Origin: Candidatus Thalassarchaeaceae archaeon
GTDB taxonomy: Archaea > Thermoplasmatota > Poseidoniia > Poseidoniales > Thalassarchaeaceae
Length of the DNA stretch: 64,000 nucleotides
Reading direction: 5' to 3'
Assembly (NCBI GenBank): GCA_023700245.1
Contig: JAJPRE010000004.1
Location: 24,068-88,067 of the forward strand
Numbering within the stretch: position 1 is the first letter of the stretch; the number at the start of each line of letters is the position of its first letter. Of this stretch, positions 28,782 to 39,207 are shown piece after piece. A model generated the notes under the pieces. It was not told the origin of the DNA. It was given only the letters and a program-made list of their open reading frames with translations, and made no database searches. The position numbers were made by a program, and so were the translations under genes.

Positions 28782-29377
28782 TGGTTGGAGCAGCAACTTT
28801 TCATGCAGCAATGGTAGAAATAACAATTGGAAGTTTGACACTATCTGTAATTTGTACAATTATGTGTTTACAATATGCATTTAAATCACCAATTGATAGA
28901 TTAAATCTTTCAGAAAATAAATTATTAACGATGGATAGGGCAGCACTTATTGGGGCTATTTTAGGTACCATAATGATGCCATTTTCTATAATGTCCGGAA
29001 CTCTTTCAGTAGCCGGAGATCCTGCTGGCTCAATATTATTATACAATAAATTTATTTATAGCGGATTAGCATTGGGTTTTTGGGTTTCATATGTTATTGG
29101 AAGAGTGCGGTTAGGGCCAAATCTTTGGAAGAATAAAAAGCTTAATATTTTACAAGTTTCAACTGCAATTTTAGCTTTCTTTATGACTATAACGATAGCA
29201 TCAATTGGAGGAAAATTAGTTAGAAATGAATCATTATTGGACTTAATTCCTTTTTGGTTCCCTATCAATTCTACAATAGTTATTCATCCATTATTATCTA
29301 TTATAATAATTTTAACTGGAATTTGTTCAATTATTACTGTATCAAAATTCGGAGAAATTATTGAATACGAAGATTAA
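28781..29377 (+). CDS. Integral membrane protein (DUF2231-like)
   Basis: About five TM helices; N-terminal FHAAMVEITIG and late A.IGG.LV; start overlaps the upstream stop (TAATG). Confidence 0.6.
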   Translation: MVGAATFHAAMVEITIGSLTLSVICTIMCLQYAFKSPIDRLNLSENKLLTMDRAALIGAILGTIMMPFSIMSGTLSVAGDPAGSILLYNKFIYSGLALGFWVSYVIGRVRLGPNLWKNKKLNILQVSTAILAFFMTITIASIGGKLVRNESLLDLIPFWFPINSTIVIHPLLSIIIILTGICSIITVSKFGEIIEYED

Positions 29378-30596
29378 AAAATAAATCTTTTATTCTTTTA
29401 GCATGTTCATGTGGGCTTAAATCTAATTTTAGTATCTTCTCTCTGCCTGCAATCATCCATTTTTCCCTATTATTGACATTTTTTGCTTGTTTTAATGCTT
29501 CATGCCAACTAGAGATATCATCTCTTTCTAGTAATCTACCATTCAAATCATCACTTATTGTATCTCTAAATCCGCCTTCATTTACAAATATAGCAGGTGT
29601 TCCAACTGCAAATGCTTCTATCGGAGTCAATCCAAAAGCTTCTCCATAAGCCATACTAATTATGGCCCTTGAATTTCGCATTAACGTCACCAGTTCAGAT
29701 GATGATAATCTTGGTGCAACCCAAAAATTTACTGACAATCTTTTTGCGTGATCTTGTAGTTTTATTATGTCTTCAGGGTTTCCCCCTCCCACATGAACCA
29801 GTGATAATTTAGTACCAGATATCATTGAAATTGTTTCCCAACTCCCTTTTACAAAACTTGCTTTACCTATGGCAACCACATAATCATCTTCAGAATCATA
29901 TGGATTAACTATGTCATTAGTATCTTCTTGAGGGAATTCCGATATATCGACACATGGCCATAAAACATCGGTCTGAATTCCATATACTATTTTTGCCCTT
30001 TCTGATGAATAATTTGAGTTACTACTTATTGATGAATGATTACGATTATTAAATTTTTTAATTATTGACTTATCCTTCATTTTAGCATATGAAAGTAATA
30101 ATTTTGTTAATTTTAAATTTCTTTTAGATTTGCCTTGGATATCAAAATGCAATACGTCTTCATGCAGGCCCCTATGCGGCTCTAATAAGTGTAAATGACA
30201 CGGTAGATTTACTGGAATGCACTTTAATAATCCAAAACTTCCATCGCCGCTTACAATATGAATTGCATCTGCAGACTTTATTTCTAAACTCAATCCTTCA
30301 CAATTTTTCCATGCTCTTGTTGCAGAATTAATTCCGGTATCCAATATTGTAGAAATTATATCTCGAGGCATTTTCCATGGATTTTTTGGAGTAAATAGTG
30401 GAATATTGAATTTTTTACATAATTTTTCTAGTTCTGGAACTGAGTTGAGTGTAGCAACTTTTACATCAAAAAATTTTGTTAAGGAAGGAATTATTCTTAA
30501 TAAGTCCCTCTCCGCTCCTCCCATTGCAGCAAAACTTCCTTTTGCTACTATTAATGACTGATTCATATCAGCCGTTGGCTCGGCATAACTGCCCAT
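29358..30596 (-). CDS. GT4-family glycosyltransferase
   Basis: MGGAER at the N-terminus; EAFGLTPIEAFAVGTP (E-x7-E) motif. Confidence 0.9.
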   Translation of the reverse strand: MGSYAEPTADMNQSLIVAKGSFAAMGGAERDLLRIIPSLTKFFDVKVATLNSVPELEKLCKKFNIPLFTPKNPWKMPRDIISTILDTGINSATRAWKNCEGLSLEIKSADAIHIVSGDGSFGLLKCIPVNLPCHLHLLEPHRGLHEDVLHFDIQGKSKRNLKLTKLLLSYAKMKDKSIIKKFNNRNHSSISSNSNYSSERAKIVYGIQTDVLWPCVDISEFPQEDTNDIVNPYDSEDDYVVAIGKASFVKGSWETISMISGTKLSLVHVGGGNPEDIIKLQDHAKRLSVNFWVAPRLSSSELVTLMRNSRAIISMAYGEAFGLTPIEAFAVGTPAIFVNEGGFRDTISDDLNGRLLERDDISSWHEALKQAKNVNNREKWMIAGREKILKLDLSPHEHAKRIKDLFFNLRIQ

Positions 30597-30648
30597 AATC
30601 TTTCAGATAACCCGTTCTCATTTAAGTTCAACATCTCACGGCGAAGCC

Positions 30649-31800
30649 ATGGTCCGACGAGTTCTTTTGGCTCGGGGCGGTACGCTATCCATTACAAATG
30701 GACTTGGTAGGGCTCATAATTCAATTGTTTCAGTATTAAATCGAGCTCTGGTTCCTAATTGGACTAAAGTAAAAGTAATTGAACATCAAATTATTTCAAA
30801 TGTATTCTTAAGAATTTTTAAACGATGGAAACAACACCCAAAAATAGTATCAGAAGAAACATCAAAAATGGGAATCGACCTTTTACATATAACTGATCAA
30901 GAACAAGCTCATTTGGTACCTCATAATTCTCCAATACCAGTTGTGGTTACTATACATGACTTATTTCACATCAGACCAAGAACAATTGAAGCTGGCGATG
31001 TATATATTTCAGTTGGCGAACAAAAACCAAATATGGTTAGAAAAAGAGATTTATTAAGAATAAAGGCAGGAATCAAGAGAGCCGATCTTCTGATTTGTAT
31101 TTCAGAAGAAACAAGAACTGACGTTAAAAAATTATTTCCTGGAAAAGAGACAGCATTAGTACGAAATGATATAGATATTGACTATTGGAATCCATATTTA
31201 AATCCAATATCAAGGGATATTATTTCTGAATATGATGATACTTCAAAATGCCTATTAATTACTGTTGGTTCAAATGATAGACGAAAAAGATTAGATTTTA
31301 TTGATGAAATATTTTCAAATCTTCCTAATGATGTCAAAGAAGATATAAATTTAGTCAAAATTGGAAGTGAAATAAAAGCGTCCGAAGTACAACTTATATC
31401 ATTTTTCCAGCATGCTGAAGCATTATTATTTCCAAGTATTTCCGAAGGTTTTGGATATCCTCCAGCCGAAGCAATGGCGTCCGGGTGTCCAGTGGTGGCT
31501 GCTAATTTACCTGCGCACAACGAAGTCATTCCTCAGAATTGCTTAATTGATCCAATTAATATTGATGCCTGGGTTTCGGCTATTACGAAAATACACAGTG
31601 AATGGTTAAGTTCAGGAAAAACAGATAGGATACCTGATGATTCATTAATAAATCATGTATCAAATTTACTCAGTCCAAAGGTACATGGAGAAGAACTTTC
31701 TAAAGCATATAATTCTGCATATAATTTATCTTTAAAATATCTTAACACCCAATCACCAATAAATCATAATTATATATTATTTGATGAGCGCTCGCTTTAA
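30649..31800 (+). CDS. GT4-family glycosyltransferase
   Basis: VVTIHDL and LFPSISEGFGYPPAEAMASGCPVV. Confidence 0.9.
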   Translation: MVRRVLLARGGTLSITNGLGRAHNSIVSVLNRALVPNWTKVKVIEHQIISNVFLRIFKRWKQHPKIVSEETSKMGIDLLHITDQEQAHLVPHNSPIPVVVTIHDLFHIRPRTIEAGDVYISVGEQKPNMVRKRDLLRIKAGIKRADLLICISEETRTDVKKLFPGKETALVRNDIDIDYWNPYLNPISRDIISEYDDTSKCLLITVGSNDRRKRLDFIDEIFSNLPNDVKEDINLVKIGSEIKASEVQLISFFQHAEALLFPSISEGFGYPPAEAMASGCPVVAANLPAHNEVIPQNCLIDPINIDAWVSAITKIHSEWLSSGKTDRIPDDSLINHVSNLLSPKVHGEELSKAYNSAYNLSLKYLNTQSPINHNYILFDERSL

Positions 31801-31863
31801 TACATTACATAGCCAATTTAGGAATCTTCTAAAAAAAAAATAATAAATTTTGGAGTTAATCTA

Positions 31864-32616
31864 ATGATAAACGATATTCACACCAAAAAAGACTCAAAAA
31901 AAGTATTGTTGAATGTGAATGAATTAACAAAAGGCTTCGGTTCTGGACGAAATAGGCTCGAAGTTTTGAAAGGCATCAATCTTGAAATGAATGATGGAGA
32001 ATTAGTTGCTTTGATGGGGCCTTCTGGATGTGGTAAATCTACTCTGCTGAATATTATAGGTGGAATCTTGCATGCCGATGGTGGATCAATTTCCTTAGAT
32101 AAATTTAGTTATGGGACCGAATCTCCGAGTAAAGTAGTAGATGTAAGGAGAAAGGGTGTAGGTTGGATATTCCAAGATTTTCATTTAATAGATAGATTGT
32201 CGGCTTTAGATAATGTTATCTTCGCACTCGAATTAGCCGGTATACCTTCCAAAGAAGCACATTTTAAAGCAGAAGAAGCATTAATTAAAGTTAATCTACA
32301 AGACCGTATGGATTTCATCCCAGATCAATTATCCGGCGGACAACAACAAAGGGTCGCTATAGCAAGAGCAATTGCTGGTGACCGTCCCCTTTTATTGGCA
32401 GATGAACCTACGGGTAATTTAGATGTCAAAAGTGGTGAAGAAATAATGGATTTATTTAAGGAATTATGTAAAGAAGGAGTTTCTATATTGATGGTGACTC
32501 ACGATCCAATGTTGGCGTCTAAGGCAGATAGAATGCTTTTATTGAAAGATGGTTTAACTGCTGCTTCGGATATACGTTCTGCTTGGGGAACTGATTCAGG
32601 AGTTGAAGAAGAATGA
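31864..32616 (+). CDS. MacB/LolD-type ABC transporter ATPase
   Basis: GPSGCGKS, LSGGQQQR, LADEP and VTHD. Confidence 0.95.
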   Translation: MINDIHTKKDSKKVLLNVNELTKGFGSGRNRLEVLKGINLEMNDGELVALMGPSGCGKSTLLNIIGGILHADGGSISLDKFSYGTESPSKVVDVRRKGVGWIFQDFHLIDRLSALDNVIFALELAGIPSKEAHFKAEEALIKVNLQDRMDFIPDQLSGGQQQRVAIARAIAGDRPLLLADEPTGNLDVKSGEEIMDLFKELCKEGVSILMVTHDPMLASKADRMLLLKDGLTAASDIRSAWGTDSGVEEE

Positions 32617-35600
32617 CTAATTTTGATGAAATCATTCCATCTGATTCTAATGATAAAAATAAATTTATAGAATATATTAAATCTCGTTCATTACCTATTA
32701 CAAATAGGATAATATCTTTCCCAGATAACCTCCTTATGGCTGCCAAGAGCTCTTGGAGAGGCCGTGAGAGAGTTTTAGCAGCCTTTGCTGGAGTCTTCTT
32801 GGCATCTTTGGTAATTACCACCGTCCTTGCTTACTCAGTAGGTTTATCCACAGCATTTCTACAAGAGTCTTTGAAAAATGAAAATTTTGATGCACAAATT
32901 ACTTTTGATAAAGATCCAGGAAAAGACTTCAGAACAAATAACTCTGTTTTATGGGAATCATTATGTGATGAATTAGTAAGTATGGATGAATTCTCTGACT
33001 GTGGAATTGTTTATGGAAGACAAGGGATTAGGGCCGATAGTATATTTGATGATGGCAATATCAAAGCCCAACCACTTGTAGTTGATTCAGTTACTGGAAC
33101 AATTGGTGATTGGATAAATGTAAGTTGGAAATATCCCGAAGCAGCAGAACAAGGCCCTCCAATAAATGGTAATAGGCCAATTAGATTCTACGGTGATGGC
33201 ATATGGGATGGAGAATTAGGGGAACGTCATGCACAAGATGCTATTTATGGAAATTGGCCTAGTAGTCATATTGATGCAGAAAATAATAGGAGCATAATCC
33301 TTCCTTCACAAATTGCTAGTAGGGCAGGCGTTTCAGTAAATGAAACAATTGAATCTTTGACATTTACATTTGTCTCTGATGCTAGAGGCGGAGGTGATGC
33401 AGACCAAATATCTTCATGTCAAGGTGAAATTGAAACAAATTTTGAATCTGGTTTCCAATTTTGTAGGGAAAAGCTTACTGTTTATAATTTAACAATTTCA
33501 GCCATATATCAAGAACAATTTGGCAATCCAACTTTATTATTCAACCCTTTAATGGTTTCAGATTCAGTACTTAATGATTCACAAAAATTAATTTTGATGA
33601 ATAATGACCATGGTTATCTCGGAGTTTCAGTTGATAGAAATTTATTACCAACATCTTCAACTTCAGCAGCTACTTCATGGCTTAACGATTTAGAGAAAAC
33701 TATAGAAGATAAAAATTATACTTTAAATGATGGCTCTGTTATTCAAATTCGATATAATGATGTAATTTCTGGTACAATAACATTTTTGAATATATTTTTG
33801 GGAATTATTCAAGTGTTTGATTATATCTTAATGATTCCAATAATAATTCTATCATTTTCAGTATTAATCTATGGACTTGTATTATCTCTAGAACAACGTA
33901 AAAGAGAAATATCAATCCAACGTGTAATTGGCGGTACTGAAAGTAACTTAACTGGTATGATTTTATTGGAGCTATCTGTTTTAGGATTCGCTGGCTGGTT
34001 TACTGGATATATATTGGCATTGCTTTCTGTTCCATTGGTATTGGATGCAGTAGGATTCATGTCATTCAGATCTTCCGGTGCAAGTGTAAATCCAACACTA
34101 TCATTTGGTACAACCTTTTTCATTATCCTTACTACTGTTGGCCTAACTTGGTTATTTGGAAGAAGTAGAGTTAAAGATTTCCTTAGAATTGAGATTGATG
34201 AAGGAGTCAGAAGAGTAGCGTCTGAAAAGAAGTCAAGATTCTGGTTACATATGTTAATTTTTATAATTGGATTTTTATCATTTTTTGAAAGTTGGATACA
34301 AAGTAATGGAGGATGGGGGCCATTTAACTCAAGTGGAATAATCTCCAATTTTATTGTCAATGCTCTATTATTATTATTTGGGCCTTTTATGTTGTGGATA
34401 GGAGGTGCACTTGTTCTAGGACGATTAGGTGCAGCTGGGCCAAGAATTTTCACACTATTATTGGGATGGTCACCTTTAGTAACCGATATTCGCAGAGGAC
34501 TTAGGGGGTCAGGTTCAAGTGAGTCAGTAAATAGATTGGCGGTAATAATGCTACTAACATTATCTATAGTAACTTTAGCAGCTGTTCAAGGATATACTGG
34601 TACAATTGTGGATGAAAGAACAACTTCTGCAGATAATGGAGCTGATATTCAAGTACAGTTTAGTACTTCCATATCGGAAAAAGAAGCAAGAGAAGCGGTT
34701 CAACTAGCAATTGGAAAAATTGACAACTCTAATATTGAAAATATTGATTCAATGACCTCCGTTGGAGATGTTTTCACTAATCTCCAGGGAGAAGGCACGC
34801 GACTACGAACTTGGATATTATTTGATAATCATGAAGATACACTCTTATGGGATACTCAAGCAATACCTGGCACAAGTATAAATGATGTTTCTACAGAATG
34901 GAGTAATGGTGGATTTACTGCTGGAGAAATCGCTAATCAACTTGACATATCCGGTGGAGATTTTATCACAATTGAATATACTAGTTATAATTTCTCATTA
35001 GGTTCAGAAGGATTGGAAATAACATCAACTGTAACCGAAGCCAACATTCAATACATGGGGCGCCATAGATGGGTTCCAGGACTTGAATCATCTCAATCTT
35101 TACAGGTTATAGTGATAGGAGAATCAACATATAGGGATTTAGTAGGAAATCAAACTGCTGATTCATACACCTCAAATAAATGGTTCTTTGAATTATGTGA
35201 TCAAAAAGATAAGGGTTGTTCAGATGCTTTACGTAAATTGAATACAGAAATATCAAATGTAGTCGGAGTCACATCTTCTACAGATTGGCCAACAGTCCAT
35301 GAGGAAAATGAACGTAAAGGGGGATTGATATTTGGTACACCCGGCCTTCTTAGTTTACAATTTGTTGTCGCCTCTCTTGCGTCTGTAGCATCTGCTTTCG
35401 TTTTCTTATCACTTGTATTGACACAGAGAAAGCGTGAACTAGCTATTCTTCAAGCAATAGGGGCAAGCCCAAACCAAGTAATACGCCTGGTATTATTCGA
35501 GATTATGTCCATACTCTTGGTAAGTATGGGCTTGGGAGTCATATTGGGGTTAGCAATAGCCGAATCTTTCAATGGTTTCTTTGGAATATTTGGTTTTATA

Positions 35601-35771
35601 TTCCAAATATTTTTAGGAGAATCGGCACCCATAGATAGGGAATTAATTTGGCCATGGCTTGATTTAGCAATAGTCAATAGTTCAGTATTAATTGCAGTTG
35701 TGATGGCATTACTTTACACAACACGCAAAGCTCTAAAAGCAGACTTAGCAATTGTGTTGAAGGGAGAATAA
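32613..35771 (+). CDS. FtsX/MacB-type ABC permease with two modules
   Basis: QRKREISIQRVIGG and QRKRELAILQAIGA, each followed by a TM bundle; two large extracellular domains. Confidence 0.9.
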   Translation: MTNFDEIIPSDSNDKNKFIEYIKSRSLPITNRIISFPDNLLMAAKSSWRGRERVLAAFAGVFLASLVITTVLAYSVGLSTAFLQESLKNENFDAQITFDKDPGKDFRTNNSVLWESLCDELVSMDEFSDCGIVYGRQGIRADSIFDDGNIKAQPLVVDSVTGTIGDWINVSWKYPEAAEQGPPINGNRPIRFYGDGIWDGELGERHAQDAIYGNWPSSHIDAENNRSIILPSQIASRAGVSVNETIESLTFTFVSDARGGGDADQISSCQGEIETNFESGFQFCREKLTVYNLTISAIYQEQFGNPTLLFNPLMVSDSVLNDSQKLILMNNDHGYLGVSVDRNLLPTSSTSAATSWLNDLEKTIEDKNYTLNDGSVIQIRYNDVISGTITFLNIFLGIIQVFDYILMIPIIILSFSVLIYGLVLSLEQRKREISIQRVIGGTESNLTGMILLELSVLGFAGWFTGYILALLSVPLVLDAVGFMSFRSSGASVNPTLSFGTTFFIILTTVGLTWLFGRSRVKDFLRIEIDEGVRRVASEKKSRFWLHMLIFIIGFLSFFESWIQSNGGWGPFNSSGIISNFIVNALLLLFGPFMLWIGGALVLGRLGAAGPRIFTLLLGWSPLVTDIRRGLRGSGSSESVNRLAVIMLLTLSIVTLAAVQGYTGTIVDERTTSADNGADIQVQFSTSISEKEAREAVQLAIGKIDNSNIENIDSMTSVGDVFTNLQGEGTRLRTWILFDNHEDTLLWDTQAIPGTSINDVSTEWSNGGFTAGEIANQLDISGGDFITIEYTSYNFSLGSEGLEITSTVTEANIQYMGRHRWVPGLESSQSLQVIVIGESTYRDLVGNQTADSYTSNKWFFELCDQKDKGCSDALRKLNTEISNVVGVTSSTDWPTVHEENERKGGLIFGTPGLLSLQFVVASLASVASAFVFLSLVLTQRKRELAILQAIGASPNQVIRLVLFEIMSILLVSMGLGVILGLAIAESFNGFFGIFGFIFQIFLGESAPIDRELIWPWLDLAIVNSSVLIAVVMALLYTTRKALKADLAIVLKGE

Positions 35772-35773
35772 AT

Positions 35774-36766
35774 ATGGTGATTGATGATAATGTTATTCTG
35801 AACGCAGATGGCTTATTTCATATTTATGAATCTAAGGCAGAAGATGGAAATGTCGTTGCCCTAAGGGGAATTCATGTATCTATAAAAGAAGGAGAAGCAG
35901 TTGCTGTCGTTGGACCTTCTGGTTCAGGAAAGTCAACTTTACTAAAATGCCTCGGTGGTCTAATGAAGCCCTCTGCTGGAAATGTTTCTTTAGCAGGAAA
36001 ACGTATGACTCGACTAACTGGCCAAGAATTAGTTAATTTACGTCAAAAAACAATTTCATTTATTTTTCAAGACTCAAACTTACTTCCTCACATGAATGCT
36101 CTCGATAATGTCGCCCAACCACTTAGGCATCAAGGTATATTGCCTAAAGTTGCAAGATTGAAAGCCCAAAATTTACTTAATAAATTAGGTGTCGGCGAAA
36201 GATCCAAAGGTTTACCAGAACAACTTTCCGGAGGAGAACAACAGAGAGTAGCGATTGCTAGGGCATTAATTACTGATCCAAAATTAATACTTGCTGATGA
36301 GCCAACAGGGGCACTGGATCCTATTACTAGCAGAGAAGTTCTAGAGTTATTTTCAAGTTTAAATAAGGAATTTGGTGTTGCCTTTTTGTTAGTGACGCAC
36401 AATCGTGAAGTCGCCTCATTTTGCGAGCGTTCCTTGGAATTACGGGAAGGTAGATTTATTGCACAACATGGAACTAATGTCGATATATCAGCTTTATCTG
36501 AAACTAGGGAGTTATTGGTTGATGACTCAGGAACAGTCACTCTTCCGCCTGATGTTTTGTTAAAAATTGGAGGACCTGGAAGGTTCGAAATCCCTGTTAA
36601 TGAAAAAGACATAATTCATTTAGAAAGGGTAGAGGAAGACAAAGTGGAATTGAATTCGAGTGCTAAGTTAGTTCTCTCTGCAACTTGTCCCGCGTGCCTT
36701 CATGATTATTCAGATAGTATGATTCAATTATGTCCTAAATGTGGCTCTACAAGGCCAATGATTTAG
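35774..36766 (+). CDS. ABC ATPase with C-terminal AbrB-like segment and zinc ribbon
   Basis: GPSGSGKS, LSGGEQQR, LADEP, VTH; then VDDSGTVTLPPDVL and CPAC...CPKC. Confidence 0.9.
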   Translation: MVIDDNVILNADGLFHIYESKAEDGNVVALRGIHVSIKEGEAVAVVGPSGSGKSTLLKCLGGLMKPSAGNVSLAGKRMTRLTGQELVNLRQKTISFIFQDSNLLPHMNALDNVAQPLRHQGILPKVARLKAQNLLNKLGVGERSKGLPEQLSGGEQQRVAIARALITDPKLILADEPTGALDPITSREVLELFSSLNKEFGVAFLLVTHNREVASFCERSLELREGRFIAQHGTNVDISALSETRELLVDDSGTVTLPPDVLLKIGGPGRFEIPVNEKDIIHLERVEEDKVELNSSAKLVLSATCPACLHDYSDSMIQLCPKCGSTRPMI

Positions 36767-36845
36767 AATTAAGCCAAAGTAGCCGACTTAAAAGGGTAAT
36801 CATTATACCGTTTTATTAAAATGATATTGCTATTACGGTGTTTTT

Positions 36846-38795
36846 ATGAAGAACCTCTTATCTTCGATACGCCGGCCACTATCTGTTGGTATTTTTCTGT
36901 TAATTTTACTGCCGTCATTGACTACTGCATTACCAGTAGACTCTGATATCGACGAAGTCCAAGAACAAGATAAATTCTGGTGGGAAGAAACTTCGATGGA
37001 CCTAGATAGAGATGGTATCCATGATGCAATTTGGTTAGCAATACAAAGTGATCTTCACACATGGTTTGATAGCGATTACAGAATTAGTGTGATTGTAGAT
37101 TTTGACCATTTACCAACTCATTTAGATCAAATAATGTTAGAAGAGGAAATTGATTTTGAAACTCAATTTAGATATCATTTGATTCATAGCATAGCAGGTA
37201 CTGTTAGTATAACAAAAATTGAACTTTTATCAAATTTACCAGGTGTGGTGATGGTAGAACTTGATGGTATTTTGTCAGTTCAAATGGCTGAAGTCAATGA
37301 TGTTCATGGAATTCCAATGATTTGGGATGAAACAGGTTACACCGGTGCAGGAAGTGTAGTTTCTATTATCGATACTGGAATTGATTCTGATCATGTTGGC
37401 TTAGATGATTTAGATGATGATAATTCAACAAATGATGCTAAAGTAATTGCATTTTATGATGCTGTTAATTCTCCAGAATTAACTAATGGAACTGAAGTAA
37501 AGGCATATGATGACCAAGGCCATGGTACTCATTGTGCAGGAATAACTGCAGGAACCGGAGCTCCAAATTATGAATATGTAGGAGTTGCGCCTCAAGCACA
37601 ATTGGTAGGTGTCAAAGTACTAGATTCAGGAGGTTCTGGTTCATTTGCAACTGTTATGGCCGGAATGGAATGGACTGTTGATAAAAGACATGATTTCAAT
37701 ATTCGTGCTGCTAGTATGAGCTTGGGCGGACCTGGAGTAATTGAATGGACTTCTTCAGAGGAAGAATCAGTTAATAGAATGGCAAACGAGATGATGAGAT
37801 CAGGAATTGCATTATTTATTGCAGCAGGAAACTCTGCTGTATCCGCTCAGATTGGTACGCCTGGTTCTGCTGAAGATGTTATTACCGTAGGATCATTAGA
37901 TAAAAATACGGCAATTGCAATTTATTCAAGTCAAGGACCTACTGAAGAAGGGAGAGTAAAACCAAATATTGCATTCGTTGGTTCAGATGTAATGGCTCCA
38001 GATTTTAATACGGGCGACGGATATACGTCAAAGTCCGGTACAAGTATGGCAACTCCTGGTGCAGCAGGTCTAGCTGCTCTAATGTATCAAGCAAATCCTG
38101 ATTTATCTCCATTTGATATTAGAAATATAATGCAAGAGACATCCATCTATCGTGAATGTCATTTTATGGGTGCCAATGAACCATGTGCAGAAGATTTAAT
38201 TCCTAAAAATAGACAAAATAATGTCTATGGTCACGGACAAGTTGACGGATACCCAGCACTTCTAGAGGCAGCAAATAGTATTTATTCACTTTCTTTATCT
38301 CTAAACTTAACTACTATCAATGAAGTATCTGAGGATAATCGAATTTATATTGCTTCAGGAGATAAAATAGAAATTGCAGTTGATGGGAATCCTTCTAATA
38401 TACAATGGAGAACTTGGGATATGAGGGATAATTGGATGAATCACCCAGATTTCAATCAAGGTAATGGAATTGTTGAGGTTTCACACTCTATGTTTGCAGA
38501 TAGGCTACAATATCTTCCTGGAAATCAAATAGAAGGAAATCAAACATTAATGGTTCGTGCAATTTTAGAAGACTCTTCTTCTACCAACCTTATTGTACAT
38601 TTATTCATTTCTGAAAGTGAAATATCTGCTGAATCATCTGATTCTGATTCAAGTAATGGAATAATAATGATTCTGGGACTTATAATAATATCTTTATTAA
38701 TTACTATTTCAATTCTTGTAATGCGCAATCAATATGAATTTGTAGATGAGAGTTTAGATATTAACGCCGATGTATCAAATGATGAAAATATTTGA
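36846..38795 (+). CDS. Secreted, membrane-anchored S8 subtilisin-like peptidase
   Basis: Catalytic triad motifs IIDTG, HGTH and GTSMA; signal peptide; C-terminal TM. Confidence 0.95.
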   Translation: MKNLLSSIRRPLSVGIFLLILLPSLTTALPVDSDIDEVQEQDKFWWEETSMDLDRDGIHDAIWLAIQSDLHTWFDSDYRISVIVDFDHLPTHLDQIMLEEEIDFETQFRYHLIHSIAGTVSITKIELLSNLPGVVMVELDGILSVQMAEVNDVHGIPMIWDETGYTGAGSVVSIIDTGIDSDHVGLDDLDDDNSTNDAKVIAFYDAVNSPELTNGTEVKAYDDQGHGTHCAGITAGTGAPNYEYVGVAPQAQLVGVKVLDSGGSGSFATVMAGMEWTVDKRHDFNIRAASMSLGGPGVIEWTSSEEESVNRMANEMMRSGIALFIAAGNSAVSAQIGTPGSAEDVITVGSLDKNTAIAIYSSQGPTEEGRVKPNIAFVGSDVMAPDFNTGDGYTSKSGTSMATPGAAGLAALMYQANPDLSPFDIRNIMQETSIYRECHFMGANEPCAEDLIPKNRQNNVYGHGQVDGYPALLEAANSIYSLSLSLNLTTINEVSEDNRIYIASGDKIEIAVDGNPSNIQWRTWDMRDNWMNHPDFNQGNGIVEVSHSMFADRLQYLPGNQIEGNQTLMVRAILEDSSSTNLIVHLFISESEISAESSDSDSSNGIIMILGLIIISLLITISILVMRNQYEFVDESLDINADVSNDENI

Positions 38796-38829
38796 GATAA
38801 TTAATTAACAACAACTCCCTAGATACGCC

Positions 38830-39192
38830 ATGCTACCATCATTCAATGTACTAGGTACTGATTTGAAAGAATGCTCTATGGATCCAATAACTGGGTGGTT
38901 TAGGGATGGTTGTTGCAATACAGATAGAAATGATGCATCATTACATACTGTATGTTGCATTGTTACTGATGAATTCTTACAATTTGCACTATCAAAAGGA
39001 AATAATCTAATAACGCCGGCTCCTCAATTTAATTTTCCAGGTTTAAAGTCCGGAGATCAATGGTGTGTATGCGCTCAAACATGGCAAGATGCATATGAAC
39101 AAGGTGTTGCTTGTCCAGTAGTATTGGAATCAACTCATGAAGAAACTCTTCAAATTGTGTCATTAGATAACTTAAAGAAATTTACAAAATAA
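38830..39192 (+). CDS. DUF2237-family protein
   Basis: NVLG..L..CS.DP.TGWFRDGCC and GLK.GDQWCVCA..W..A. Confidence 0.9.
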   Translation: MLPSFNVLGTDLKECSMDPITGWFRDGCCNTDRNDASLHTVCCIVTDEFLQFALSKGNNLITPAPQFNFPGLKSGDQWCVCAQTWQDAYEQGVACPVVLESTHEETLQIVSLDNLKKFTK

Positions 39193-39207
39193 ATGACTAA
39201 ATTATTA

